Shown: positions 30,484-39,238, counted from the first letter of the stretch. The stretch is 64,000 bases of DNA from Bacteroidales bacterium (GCA_963665525.1 OY762280.1:2241451-2305450); one strand, 5' to 3'. Program-made: numbers and translations. The notes: generated by a model not told the origin, from the letters alone.

Positions 30484-30620
30484 TTGTAACATCGGGTCAA
30501 ACTGCATGCGGGGTTTTGTGGTTTTTTGACTAATTTAGTTATCTTTAACATTAGTTAACCGGTGATAGTGTAACACGGCGGTAATCCCGCACATAATGCT
30601 ACCCACAGACCATTACAAAT
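30484..30620 (+). repeat. attC-like repeat B
   Basis: The 5' end is TTGTAACATCGGGTCAAACTGCATGCGGGGTTTTGTGG and the 3' end is TAATCCCGCACATAATG...CAGACCATTACAAAT. The first ~75 nt are near-identical to A. Confidence 0.75.
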
Positions 30621-31007
30621 AATACCCTCAAAAAGAAAAATCAAATAAATACATCCCATTTTGACAAGCAATTAATTCAAGAAACTCATTTAGCAGTTCG
30701 ACAATTCATCTTAAATTGTATTGTATCTCGTTCTAATAATTAAAGTATATTTAATTCTTAACAATTTGACAGTATATTTATTAAGATTGGTTTGGTAGGT
30801 TTAATAAATAAAAAATTAGCATTCCAACCCTGACGGTTGCATAAAGAGATAATAAAACGCTTTAATTGAACAAGATCCTTTATTGATAAAATAACATATT
30901 TGTCTGTATTTCAAATTAAATTATTTGTTTTATTTCCATTAACATAACAAGCAAAAATCAATTTTTATATATTTGTTATACTAACATGTTAAAAGTTAAA
31001 ATATAGC

Positions 31008-33212
31008 ATGAAAAAACAATTTGGAGAAATATTTGATGTTGAAGAATTAAAAAGAGTTTGTTTGGAATTCTCTGAATTGACCGGAATGTCAACAGCTATT
31101 ATTGATTTGGACGGAAATATTATTGTTGATGCTGAATGGCAAGAAATATGTACAAAGTTTCATCGGGGAAATGCAATAACTAAACAACCTTGCATTAAAA
31201 GTGATACAAAACTTGCAGTACAATTCAAGCAAGGCAAAAAATATAATGTTTATAGTTGTAAAAATGGACTTATTGATATTGCTATACCAATTATTATTGA
31301 AGATGAGCATATTGCTAATTTTTTTATTGGACAATTTTTATTTGAAAAACCCGATATCGAATTTTTTCGAAAACAAGCACAAACCTATTCTTTTGATGAA
31401 GAAGAATACTTAATGGCACTTAAGAATGTTCCAATATTTGATGAAAACACTGTAAGAAAAAACATTTCGCTTTTGCTGCAATTGATAGAAATATTAGTAA
31501 AATCAGGGCTTAAAAATCTAAAAATCAGAGAAAAAGAAGAAAAAGCAGAAACAAGTGAACAACAATTAGAATTAATTGCCAATAATCTTATTGAAGGAAT
31601 GATTTATCAGGTAGCCATGCTGGATGAAAACAGGAGGCAGTTCAATTATCTGAGTGATGGGGTTTTTCAACTTTATGGTTGTTCTCCAGAGGAGGCAATG
31701 AACAATCCAGACTTAATTTACGGTAAAATACATCCTGATGATATTGAAAACTTAATTGTTGCAGAAAAAAAAGCACTGAAGAACATGTCAACTTTTAAGG
31801 TGGAGGCCCGAGTGTTTAATCCGGATGGAAGTATCAGATGGTCATACTACGTATCACAACCACGGATTATAAACAATTTGGTTTGCTGGGACGGTATTGA
31901 AGTCGATATTTCCGACAGAAAGCTAATGGAAATTGAACTTAAAGAAGCGAAGGGAAAAGCTGAAGAAAATGAAAATGAAATAAGAACCCAGCATGAAGAG
32001 ATAAATCTACATAACGAAAGGTTAGAGAGTCTTCTTCGGATTTCTCAATTCAAAACAAATTCAATTCAGGAATTGCTGGATTATGCACTTCATGAAGCAA
32101 TTGAGCTAACAAACAGTAAAATTGGATATATTTATTTTTATAATGAGTCCACTCGTCAGTTCTCATTAAATACTTGGTCGAAAGAGGTAATGAAAGAATG
32201 TGCTGTTCAAAATCCACAAACAATTTATAATCTGGATGATACAGGATGCTGGGGTGAAGCTGTAAGACAACGAAAACCTATTGTAATCAATGAATATAAA
32301 AAAGAAAATCCAATAAACAAGGGAACACCGGAAGGCCATGTTAAGTTAAATAAATTTCTTACAATACCGGTAATTTTAGACAATAAAATAGTTGCTGTTG
32401 CTGGTGTTGCCAACAAAAAAACTGATTATAATAGCTTTGATATACGACAATTGACATTGTTAATGGACAATGTTTGGAAAATATCAGAAAGAATTTCAAT
32501 AATTGATGAACTTAGAAAGGTTAATGCAAATAAAGACCGTTTTATAAACATACTTGCTCATGATTTGAGGAATCCCTTTAATAATTTATTGGGTTTTTCA
32601 AATATGTTAATTGAAAATTTTGTTGAATATGACAAATCTAAAATTGAAGAAATATTAGGAATCATAAATTACACAACACATAAAACATTCAATTTACTGG
32701 AAGATTTATTATTATGGTCAAAAGCGCAAGCAGGAATGTTGTCGTTTCAGCCACAGAAATATATGTTCATTGATATTTATAATGAAGTTTTGGAATTAAT
32801 GCAATCTATTGCTAATAAAAAAAATATAACAATTCGATATACAGAAAAAGAAAGAATTGAAATCTTTGCTGACAATAGTATGTTCAAAACCATTTTAAGA
32901 AATTTAATTTCTAATGCTATAAAATATTCAAATACCAATGGAAAGATAAATATTTATACAGAAAAAGATAAGGATTATGTTATTATAACAATATCTGACA
33001 ATGGAGTGGGCATAGAGCAGGAAAACATTCCCAAATTATTTGAATTTTCCAGCCAATACACAACCCAAGGAACAGATGGCGAAAGCGGAACAGGTTTTGG
33101 ATTAACTCTTTGCAAAGACTTTGTAGAAAATCACGGTGGTAAAATTTGGGTTGAAAGTGAAATTGGTAAAGGAAGTAATTTCATATTTACTATACCCTTT
33201 AAGGTGGAATAA
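31008..33212 (+). CDS. Orphan sensor histidine kinase: PocR-like sensory domain, PAS, GAF, HisKA, HATPase_c
   Basis: The protein is 734 aa. The N-terminal Cys-rich region ELTGMSTAIIDLDGNIIV...ICTKFHR...CIKSD...YSCKNGLIDIAIPI resembles PocR. The H-box is ILAHDLRNPFN and the ATPase motifs are ISDNGVGI...GTGFGLTLC. It has no TM segments and no response regulator nearby. Confidence 0.8.
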   Translation: MKKQFGEIFDVEELKRVCLEFSELTGMSTAIIDLDGNIIVDAEWQEICTKFHRGNAITKQPCIKSDTKLAVQFKQGKKYNVYSCKNGLIDIAIPIIIEDEHIANFFIGQFLFEKPDIEFFRKQAQTYSFDEEEYLMALKNVPIFDENTVRKNISLLLQLIEILVKSGLKNLKIREKEEKAETSEQQLELIANNLIEGMIYQVAMLDENRRQFNYLSDGVFQLYGCSPEEAMNNPDLIYGKIHPDDIENLIVAEKKALKNMSTFKVEARVFNPDGSIRWSYYVSQPRIINNLVCWDGIEVDISDRKLMEIELKEAKGKAEENENEIRTQHEEINLHNERLESLLRISQFKTNSIQELLDYALHEAIELTNSKIGYIYFYNESTRQFSLNTWSKEVMKECAVQNPQTIYNLDDTGCWGEAVRQRKPIVINEYKKENPINKGTPEGHVKLNKFLTIPVILDNKIVAVAGVANKKTDYNSFDIRQLTLLMDNVWKISERISIIDELRKVNANKDRFINILAHDLRNPFNNLLGFSNMLIENFVEYDKSKIEEILGIINYTTHKTFNLLEDLLLWSKAQAGMLSFQPQKYMFIDIYNEVLELMQSIANKKNITIRYTEKERIEIFADNSMFKTILRNLISNAIKYSNTNGKINIYTEKDKDYVIITISDNGVGIEQENIPKLFEFSSQYTTQGTDGESGTGFGLTLCKDFVENHGGKIWVESEIGKGSNFIFTIPFKVE

Positions 33213-33368
33213 TTCTAACAAATCATTTTAATATAAGATTTACCTTATCTATACAATTTAGAATGCTTTGCATAGTAATTTGAAATCCCAACCCTAATAC
33301 TAATTTTTTGCGATTTTCATAGAAAAGCCTTTCCCAACTTGACGAGTATGATGGCATTATTGCCCAAC

Positions 33369-33555
33369 TTATAACATCGGGTCTTAAAGCATGCGGGTTT
33401 TAGTTGTGGTTTACTCGCTTTGCTCATGAGGCTCCCTTTGGTCGGTTGGCAAGCATTTATTATATTTGTTTCAATGTCAACGGGTATCGATAGCTATCGG
33501 TGCTGAAACACGGTGGCGATCCCGCACATAATGATACCCTCGGACCGTTACAGGT
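33369..33555 (+). repeat. attC-like repeat C (longest copy)
   Basis: The 5' end is TTATAACATCGGGTCTTAAAGCATGCGGG. The centre is extended and contains atcgatagctatcggt. The 3' end is GATCCCGCACATAATGATACCCTCGGACCGTTACAGG. Confidence 0.75.
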
Positions 33556-33620
33556 AATTTAAAACTATGCGTCGTGCTAAAATAGGTTGACACTTTTTTC
33601 TAAACTTAAGAAGTGTCAAT

Positions 33621-34010
33621 ATGAAACTAAAAAAACAAGTTACCCCAAGAAAAATTTATTCCTACGCTTTCAAGAAAGAAGTTGTTCAGGAATATGACAA
33701 TGGACAAATCTCTAAAAGAGCTTTAGCTATTAAAAATCAAATAAATCCTTCGACTTTAGACCGTTGGATTGAAAAGTATAGTATCTTAGCCAGAAACAAA
33801 CAAATGGCTGAAAAACACTCAAATGATCCCAAACACAAAGTAAAACGCTTAGAGAAACGAATTGAAGAACTGGAAGCTATGCTCGAAATTGATGACATGG
33901 CCTGGGAAATCATGGAAGAAATGACTGGTGACCCTAACCTGCGAAAAAAGCATATTCCCGAATCGCTGATAAAAGCATTGCAAAAAGCACGAAAAAGTCG
34001 TTTAAAATAA
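33621..34010 (+). CDS. IS3 transposase OrfA (HTH)
   Basis: The protein is 129 aa. A helix-turn-helix-like N-terminus is followed by a leucine-zipper-like KVKRLEKRIEELEAMLE. The slippery heptamer A AAA AAG lies in the zero frame at 33944..33950. Confidence 0.88.
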   Translation: MKLKKQVTPRKIYSYAFKKEVVQEYDNGQISKRALAIKNQINPSTLDRWIEKYSILARNKQMAEKHSNDPKHKVKRLEKRIEELEAMLEIDDMAWEIMEEMTGDPNLRKKHIPESLIKALQKARKSRLK

Positions 34011-34099
34011 CCCTTATATGCAAGCGGTTTGGGATTAGCAGACAGGCATTATACAAAAAGTTACAAAGAACTAATGAAGCTTTATCACAACACCAAATT

Positions 34100-34891
34100 G
34101 TGATAAAGCTGGTGCAACAAATCAGATATGAACAACCATTCATAGGAACTGAAAAGCTCTATGGATTAATTAAACAAGACTTACAAAAAATGAACATTAA
34201 AATTGGAAGATGCAAGTTAAACAGCATCTTAAAAGAGTATGGAATGCTGGTTAGAAAACGCAAGAAAAATGTTATTACCACCAACTCTCACCATCGGTTC
34301 AGGAAATATCCTAACCTTGTGAAGAATATGGAAATCACTAAACCTGAACAAGTCTGGGTTGGTGACATCACCTATGTTAAAACCGACCAGGGTAATAATT
34401 ACTTACACTTGCTTACAGACGCTTATTCGAAGCGTATTGTTGGTTTTGAGTTATCGGATAACCTGAAGGCAGAATCTACTTTAAATGCCCTTAAAATGGC
34501 TCTAAAAGGGCGGAAATACCCTGAAAGAAAACTAACACATCATTCGGATCGTGGAATCCAGTATTGCAGTGATGATTATATTCAAGTGCTCATGGATAAT
34601 CATATGTTAATTAGCATGACTGAAAACTCTGATCCCTACGAAAATGCCATAGCTGAAAGAGTAAACGGAATACTTAAGTATGAGTTCTCCATCGGCGAGG
34701 GTTTTAAAAACCATGCTTCTGCCCTATCTGAAGTAAAAAAATCTGTGTTTATTTATAACACCCGAAGACCCCACAGAAGCTGTAAAATGCTTACTCCTGA
34801 AAATGCTCATCTGAATGGAAAATATAAACTTCCATCCTATTCTATCAAATTGAAAACAAAAAATGAATTATCTTTAACAAAAAACTGCTAA
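34100..34891 (+). CDS. IS3 transposase OrfB (DDE/rve catalytic domain), expressed as OrfAB by -1 frameshift
   Basis: The frame is open upstream to 33938 and overlaps orfA. Upstream translation ...ICKRFGISRQALYKKLQ is the usual second HTH. Catalytic motifs are WVGDITY, HSDRGIQY and NAIAERVNGILK. Confidence 0.88.
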   Translation: MIKLVQQIRYEQPFIGTEKLYGLIKQDLQKMNIKIGRCKLNSILKEYGMLVRKRKKNVITTNSHHRFRKYPNLVKNMEITKPEQVWVGDITYVKTDQGNNYLHLLTDAYSKRIVGFELSDNLKAESTLNALKMALKGRKYPERKLTHHSDRGIQYCSDDYIQVLMDNHMLISMTENSDPYENAIAERVNGILKYEFSIGEGFKNHASALSEVKKSVFIYNTRRPHRSCKMLTPENAHLNGKYKLPSYSIKLKTKNELSLTKNC

Positions 34892-34930
34892 AAATATGTC
34901 AACTTATTTTAGCACGAGACACTATTACGC

Positions 34931-35758
34931 ATGAGAACAATTACAAGAATCTATTTAATTGTATCAATACTATTTGGTTTAGTTATTCCAAAAACTCAAG
35001 GACAAGAAATTACTATAAAAATTGGGGAAAGAGATAGTATTCAGTCAATAATACTCAATGAAACTCGGAATTTTATAGTACATCTTCCAGACAATTATGA
35101 TGAATCAAAATCTTATCCTATTCTATTTAGACTAGATGGAGATAGTGAATTATTATTTGAAACTGTTGCAACTGTCAATCGACTGGTATATTCTGATGAG
35201 ATAGCACCAGAAATGATAATTGTTGCTATTGAAAACACTTTTCGGGCACGAGATATGTGGCCAGTAAATAATGACTATTATCCTGAACCAAATATAGCTG
35301 GAGCCGAGAGTTTTCGAAAATTCCTTGAAAGTGAACTTCTTCCTTACATCGATAGTAAATTCCAAACTGACAATAGAATTCTTTGTGGACAATCACTAAG
35401 TGCAGTTTTTGTAGTATATTCTCTTTTAACTAAACCAAACTTGTTTAACTCTTATATTGGATCAAGCGCAGGTTTCCCTGCATGTGAACAATATTTTATT
35501 GAAATAAGAAACAAGTCATTTGAGCAAATTGATAATTTTCTCGGACAGAAAATTTTTATTACAAATGGACTACTGGATCCGCTTGATCCGGATGGATCTA
35601 TTCATAAGCAATTAGTAGATTTTTCTAGTTCTATAAATGATAAACTTGCTCAGAGAATTTATTATAAACATTTGACATATGAAAATGAAGGTCATGTCCC
35701 GTTTCATAGTTTATATGACGGATTGAAATTTATCTTTGAGTCAAATATAGAAAAATAG
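34931..35758 (+). CDS. Secreted alpha/beta-hydrolase of the putative-esterase (enterochelin-esterase-like) family (cassette 4)
   Basis: The protein is 275 aa with a signal peptide. It has YPILFRLDGD and nucleophile-elbow-like CGQSLSAVF. The stop codon lies inside the sequence preceding repeat D. Confidence 0.65.
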   Translation: MRTITRIYLIVSILFGLVIPKTQGQEITIKIGERDSIQSIILNETRNFIVHLPDNYDESKSYPILFRLDGDSELLFETVATVNRLVYSDEIAPEMIIVAIENTFRARDMWPVNNDYYPEPNIAGAESFRKFLESELLPYIDSKFQTDNRILCGQSLSAVFVVYSLLTKPNLFNSYIGSSAGFPACEQYFIEIRNKSFEQIDNFLGQKIFITNGLLDPLDPDGSIHKQLVDFSSSINDKLAQRIYYKHLTYENEGHVPFHSLYDGLKFIFESNIEK

Positions 35759-35769
35759 TTTTAAACAAC

Positions 35770-35906
35770 CTTTAACAGCGGGTCAGCATCAATGCGGGTG
35801 TTTGGTGGGTTCTCGTGGTTTTACTATATTTGTTTCAATGTCACCAGTTGACCTCGAAACACGGCGGCGATCCCACACAGAATGGTACTCGCGGACCGTT
35901 AGCAAA
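35770..35906 (+). repeat. attC-like repeat D
   Basis: The 5' end is CTTTAACAGCGGGTCAGCATCAATGCGGGTGTTTGGTGG and the 3' end is GATCCCACACAGAATGGTACTCGCGGACCGTTAGCAAA. Confidence 0.72.
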
Positions 35907-36100
35907 CTTTCAATATGAAGCAAAAAATATAAGTACAAAAAATACATTCCCCTGTCCAATAGTTTGATTTTTTGGTGCTTTGACAACAAAAACGTAAATT
36001 CGTATAGCTTATTGAATTATGATTAAGATATTTACCATTTGTTTATGTTAATATTACTAAAGGAAAAGATACCATCTAATAATCGTAAATAAGAATAAAA

Positions 36101-36829
36101 ATGAAAAAAATTGTTCTGTTATTTTGTGTTTGCACATCATTATTAACATTTGGGCAAGATAAAAAAGTAGCCATGCTTGAAACAATAGCTACTAGTTCTG
36201 AAATAAGTTCTATGATAAAAAATATGGTTCGTGGTGAATTAACCAAATCAATTAGTTTACAAGCCGGATTTAGTGCATTTACACGTATCAATGTTGACCA
36301 AATGATGGATGAAATTAACTTTCAACGATCAGGTATGGTAAACGATGATCAGATTGCAAAGCTTGGAGAGATGAGTGGTGCTGATTATATATGTATATCT
36401 AAAGTTTCAAAAGATGATAAATCCTATTATATCGAATCTTACTTAATAAATATTGTAAGCGGACAGATAGAAAATTCAGCAACTGATTTTGTAGAAAGTG
36501 GTGGTATAAGTGCAATAAATGAATCTTGCCAAAAAATAGCTCAAGAATTAGTCGGTTCAGATACTACTATGGAAGAATCAACAGAAGTAGCAGAAAGAAA
36601 AAATATTTCATATATATCAATATATCAAGTTAATGTAATTAATCCTGTTCAAGCTACATTAGGTAAAAAAAAGATAACAGGTTCATCTAAAATCAGAAAA
36701 GTGATTTCAGAAAGCCCTGATGCTGTTTTATTATTTGATGAAGCCCTGCATATTCTAAAAATAGCAGATAGAAACAAAAAGTTTCAAGAAGCTTCAAAAA
36801 AATATAATGAATATTTAAAATCTCTTTGA
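36101..36829 (+). CDS. Secreted protein, possibly LpoB/CsgG-fold-like (cassette 5, gene 1)
   Basis: The protein is 242 aa with a signal peptide. The pattern KVAMLE...GELTKSISLQAGFSAFTRINVDQMMDEINFQRSG...GADYICISKV resembles LpoB/CsgG-type domains. This assignment is weak. Confidence 0.4.
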   Translation: MKKIVLLFCVCTSLLTFGQDKKVAMLETIATSSEISSMIKNMVRGELTKSISLQAGFSAFTRINVDQMMDEINFQRSGMVNDDQIAKLGEMSGADYICISKVSKDDKSYYIESYLINIVSGQIENSATDFVESGGISAINESCQKIAQELVGSDTTMEESTEVAERKNISYISIYQVNVINPVQATLGKKKITGSSKIRKVISESPDAVLLFDEALHILKIADRNKKFQEASKKYNEYLKSL

Positions 36830-37014
36830 TAATAAAAAAACGTAACTATTAACATTAATACTCAAGCATTCGGATTGTAATAACGCAAAACTGCCAATAT
36901 TTTAACGATCTAAATACCAAGAAGTTTTATTCTATTTAAAGTATTGCATTTTAGATTTTTTGTAAATTTGTTATAACAATATGTTATTTCCTCTATTCTA
37001 AATCCTTCAGTGCC

Positions 37015-38538
37015 ATGAATAAAATAAAACATGTATTAATACTAATTTGGGTCTTATTATTTCTTACCTGTTGTAAACAAAGTGTAAACACAGAAATAAA
37101 ACAAGGTGAATGTGCAAGTGACAAGCACTATGTTTCACTAGATGGATTATGGCGTGTCACACCAGAGACAGCAATAAAATATCCACACGGAACACTTGAA
37201 CCTATAATTCAAGTAAGTGGTGATGCTTTTGGTAAATTAACAGTTCGAGGTTGCTTTCTTTGGGAAAACCGTTTTTACGATTATTGGAAGCTTGACAGCG
37301 TTCAATTCATAGATTCTACAAGACAATTGATGATTATTTATGCTGAAGATGGTATTTATAAGGGAATAGTTGATAAGAAGAAAGAAATTATACAGGGTAC
37401 GGCTTGCTGGGGAGATCCTTCTGATACCAATAAACTTGATTTTATTCGTGATGAAGATACAGATGTAAACAAATTATTTATTCCTTACCCTCTTGGTCTA
37501 GATGGAAGTATTAAGTATGTATATCATCAACCTGAGAAGTGTAATGATCAACTGCAAACAGCTTCAATATTTAATTATATAAAAGATTCAACTGCGTTTT
37601 ACAATTTGATTGAAAGAATCATTAAGCAGGAATTTGGTCGGTTGGAGTCTTTTTTAATTATCAAAGATCAGAAACTTGTTCTCGATGAATATTTTTTCGG
37701 TTACGATAGAACTCAATTCCATTATATTAATTCTTGTACAAAGAGTATAACATCCTTGCTGTTAGGAATAACACTGGAAAATCACAAACTAATGGATACC
37801 CATCAATCGCTTTTTAATTTTTTCCCTCAATATGATTCATTATTACCCCCGGGAAAAGAAAAAATCACACTTAATCATGTTTTGACGATGACTGCTGGAG
37901 TTCAAGATAACAATGAGTATAAAGGTACCCAACCGGAAGATTTTATTAAATATTTACTTAGCCTTCCATTAGAGTCCAATCCGGGAGAAAAATTTAAGTA
38001 CAGTGGGGAATGTACAAATATTCTGGGTGGAATAATCTACACTCTTGAAAACAAACAGGCTGATGAATTTGCAAAAGACATTCTATTCAACAAATTAAGT
38101 ATTTCAGAATTTTCTTGGGAAAAAGAAAATGGTGTTATACCCTGTGATGCTGGTATTGAAATGTATCCCAGAGATATGGCTAAAATTGGATTATTGATTT
38201 TAAATAACGGCTCATGGAATGGTGAACACATCGTTCCAAAAGAATGGATAGATATTTCAACAAAACCTCATGTGGCCGAAAGTGAGTTTTTTGATTATGG
38301 ATACCAATGGTGGTATAGGTCAAAGCAAAATACACCTTGGTGGGAAAATCCTGTACGAGGTGGAGAAACAGAACATGATATGGTTCTAGCACTTGGTCAT
38401 GGCGGACAGTTTATTATGATTATTAGAGACCTGAATATGGTAATTGTAATAACATCATCTGATAATAATGAAGGGACTGGTATGTGGCTTACTAAAGTTC
38501 CTATGGTAATAGAAGAAGTTATTCCATTATTTGAATAA
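37015..38538 (+). CDS. Serine hydrolase of the beta-lactamase/PBP4-like (class C-related) family (cassette 5, gene 2)
   Basis: The protein is 507 aa with lipobox-like LFLTCCKQ and the S-x-x-K motif INSCTKSITS. Its C-terminal region is typical of the beta-lactamase superfamily. Confidence 0.7.
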   Translation: MNKIKHVLILIWVLLFLTCCKQSVNTEIKQGECASDKHYVSLDGLWRVTPETAIKYPHGTLEPIIQVSGDAFGKLTVRGCFLWENRFYDYWKLDSVQFIDSTRQLMIIYAEDGIYKGIVDKKKEIIQGTACWGDPSDTNKLDFIRDEDTDVNKLFIPYPLGLDGSIKYVYHQPEKCNDQLQTASIFNYIKDSTAFYNLIERIIKQEFGRLESFLIIKDQKLVLDEYFFGYDRTQFHYINSCTKSITSLLLGITLENHKLMDTHQSLFNFFPQYDSLLPPGKEKITLNHVLTMTAGVQDNNEYKGTQPEDFIKYLLSLPLESNPGEKFKYSGECTNILGGIIYTLENKQADEFAKDILFNKLSISEFSWEKENGVIPCDAGIEMYPRDMAKIGLLILNNGSWNGEHIVPKEWIDISTKPHVAESEFFDYGYQWWYRSKQNTPWWENPVRGGETEHDMVLALGHGGQFIMIIRDLNMVIVITSSDNNEGTGMWLTKVPMVIEEVIPLFE

Positions 38539-38558
38539 AAAATGACAATTTATCTCTT

Positions 38559-39047
38559 ATGGAAAGACCTAACTTAAAAATACAACTTGACAGGTTTGAT
38601 TATTTCTTTGAAACAATTACAATTATTGGACTTATCAGCTTGATAATTATTCCTTTCATTTTTTATGATAGACTGCCTGAAACCATGCCAAAACACTTTG
38701 ACTTGCATGGAAATCCAGATGCATATGGAAGCAAAGGAATGGTTTGGTTTTTACCAACGCTGGGAATCATATTATATGCCGGACTAAGTCTTTTATGTAA
38801 ATATCCTCACACATTTAACTATCCAACAAAGGTAACGAATGAAAATGCTGGTAATATTTATAAAAAAGGAATCATTATAATTCGTTTAGTTAAACTGACT
38901 GTCATTTCATTATTTATCTTCCTAAATTTTAAATTGATAGAAATAGGCCTTGGCCAATTAGACAAATTATCTGTGATATTTTTACCAATCATTTTGATAA
39001 TTTTTTTCGGCATGACAGTTTTTGCAATTATTTGGATGAGAAGATAA
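38559..39047 (+). CDS. DUF1648-type small membrane protein (cassette 5, gene 3)
   Basis: The protein is 162 aa with about 4 TM segments. The motif LPETMPKHFDLHGNPDAYGSK matches the DUF1648 signature as I recall it. Confidence 0.6.
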   Translation: MERPNLKIQLDRFDYFFETITIIGLISLIIIPFIFYDRLPETMPKHFDLHGNPDAYGSKGMVWFLPTLGIILYAGLSLLCKYPHTFNYPTKVTNENAGNIYKKGIIIIRLVKLTVISLFIFLNFKLIEIGLGQLDKLSVIFLPIILIIFFGMTVFAIIWMRR

Positions 39048-39056
39048 GGTAAACTA

Positions 39057-39173
39057 TTGTACCATGGGTCTTTAAGTATTTAGGGTGATAATGGTTTAAT
39101 CATTATTCATCCTGATATCTATCGATACTGAAACTAAGTTGACTCTCACGTCAAAACTGGAGATCGTTAAAAT
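39057..39173 (+). repeat. attC-like repeat E (degenerate terminal copy)
   Basis: The 5' end TTGTACCATGGGTCTTTAAGTATTTAGGGTGATAATGGTTTA aligns with the 5' arm of C. The sequence ctatcgatactgaaac...GGAGATCGTTAAAAT aligns with the 3' arm. It starts 10 nt after the stop of the preceding ORF. Confidence 0.55.
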
Positions 39174-39238
39174 AACCCGTAAAACTCAGTTTTAGAGCAA
39201 CTATGCTCTTTTGAATCATATATCTAGTTTAGGATTGA

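Larger units (their letters stand above)
33568..34921 (+). mobile_element. IS3-family insertion sequence, apparently intact (1354 bp)
   Basis: The terminal inverted repeats are TGCGTCGTGCTAAAATAGGTTGACA (left) and the reverse complement of the right end, TGTCTCGTGCTAAAATAAGTTGACA. A 3-bp direct repeat CTA flanks the element (33565..33567 and 34922..34924). It has two-ORF organisation with an A_AAA_AAG slippery site. Confidence 0.9.

Noticed and set aside
35789-35989. 66-aa minus-strand ORF (also 36076..36291 and 33934..34143)
   Set aside because: 35789..35989 lies within or over attC-like repeat D and 36076..36291 lies antisense to a supported gene. 33934..34143 lies antisense across the IS3 orfA/orfB overlap. 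None has start context or family resemblance.
29531-39173. Interpreting repeats A-E as MITEs or as ordinary transcription terminators
   Set aside because: They lack U-tracts and target-site duplications and all share one orientation. The flanks of units 2 and 4 pair across units rather than within a copy, which autonomous palindromic elements would not do. This is kept only as an alternative to be tested.
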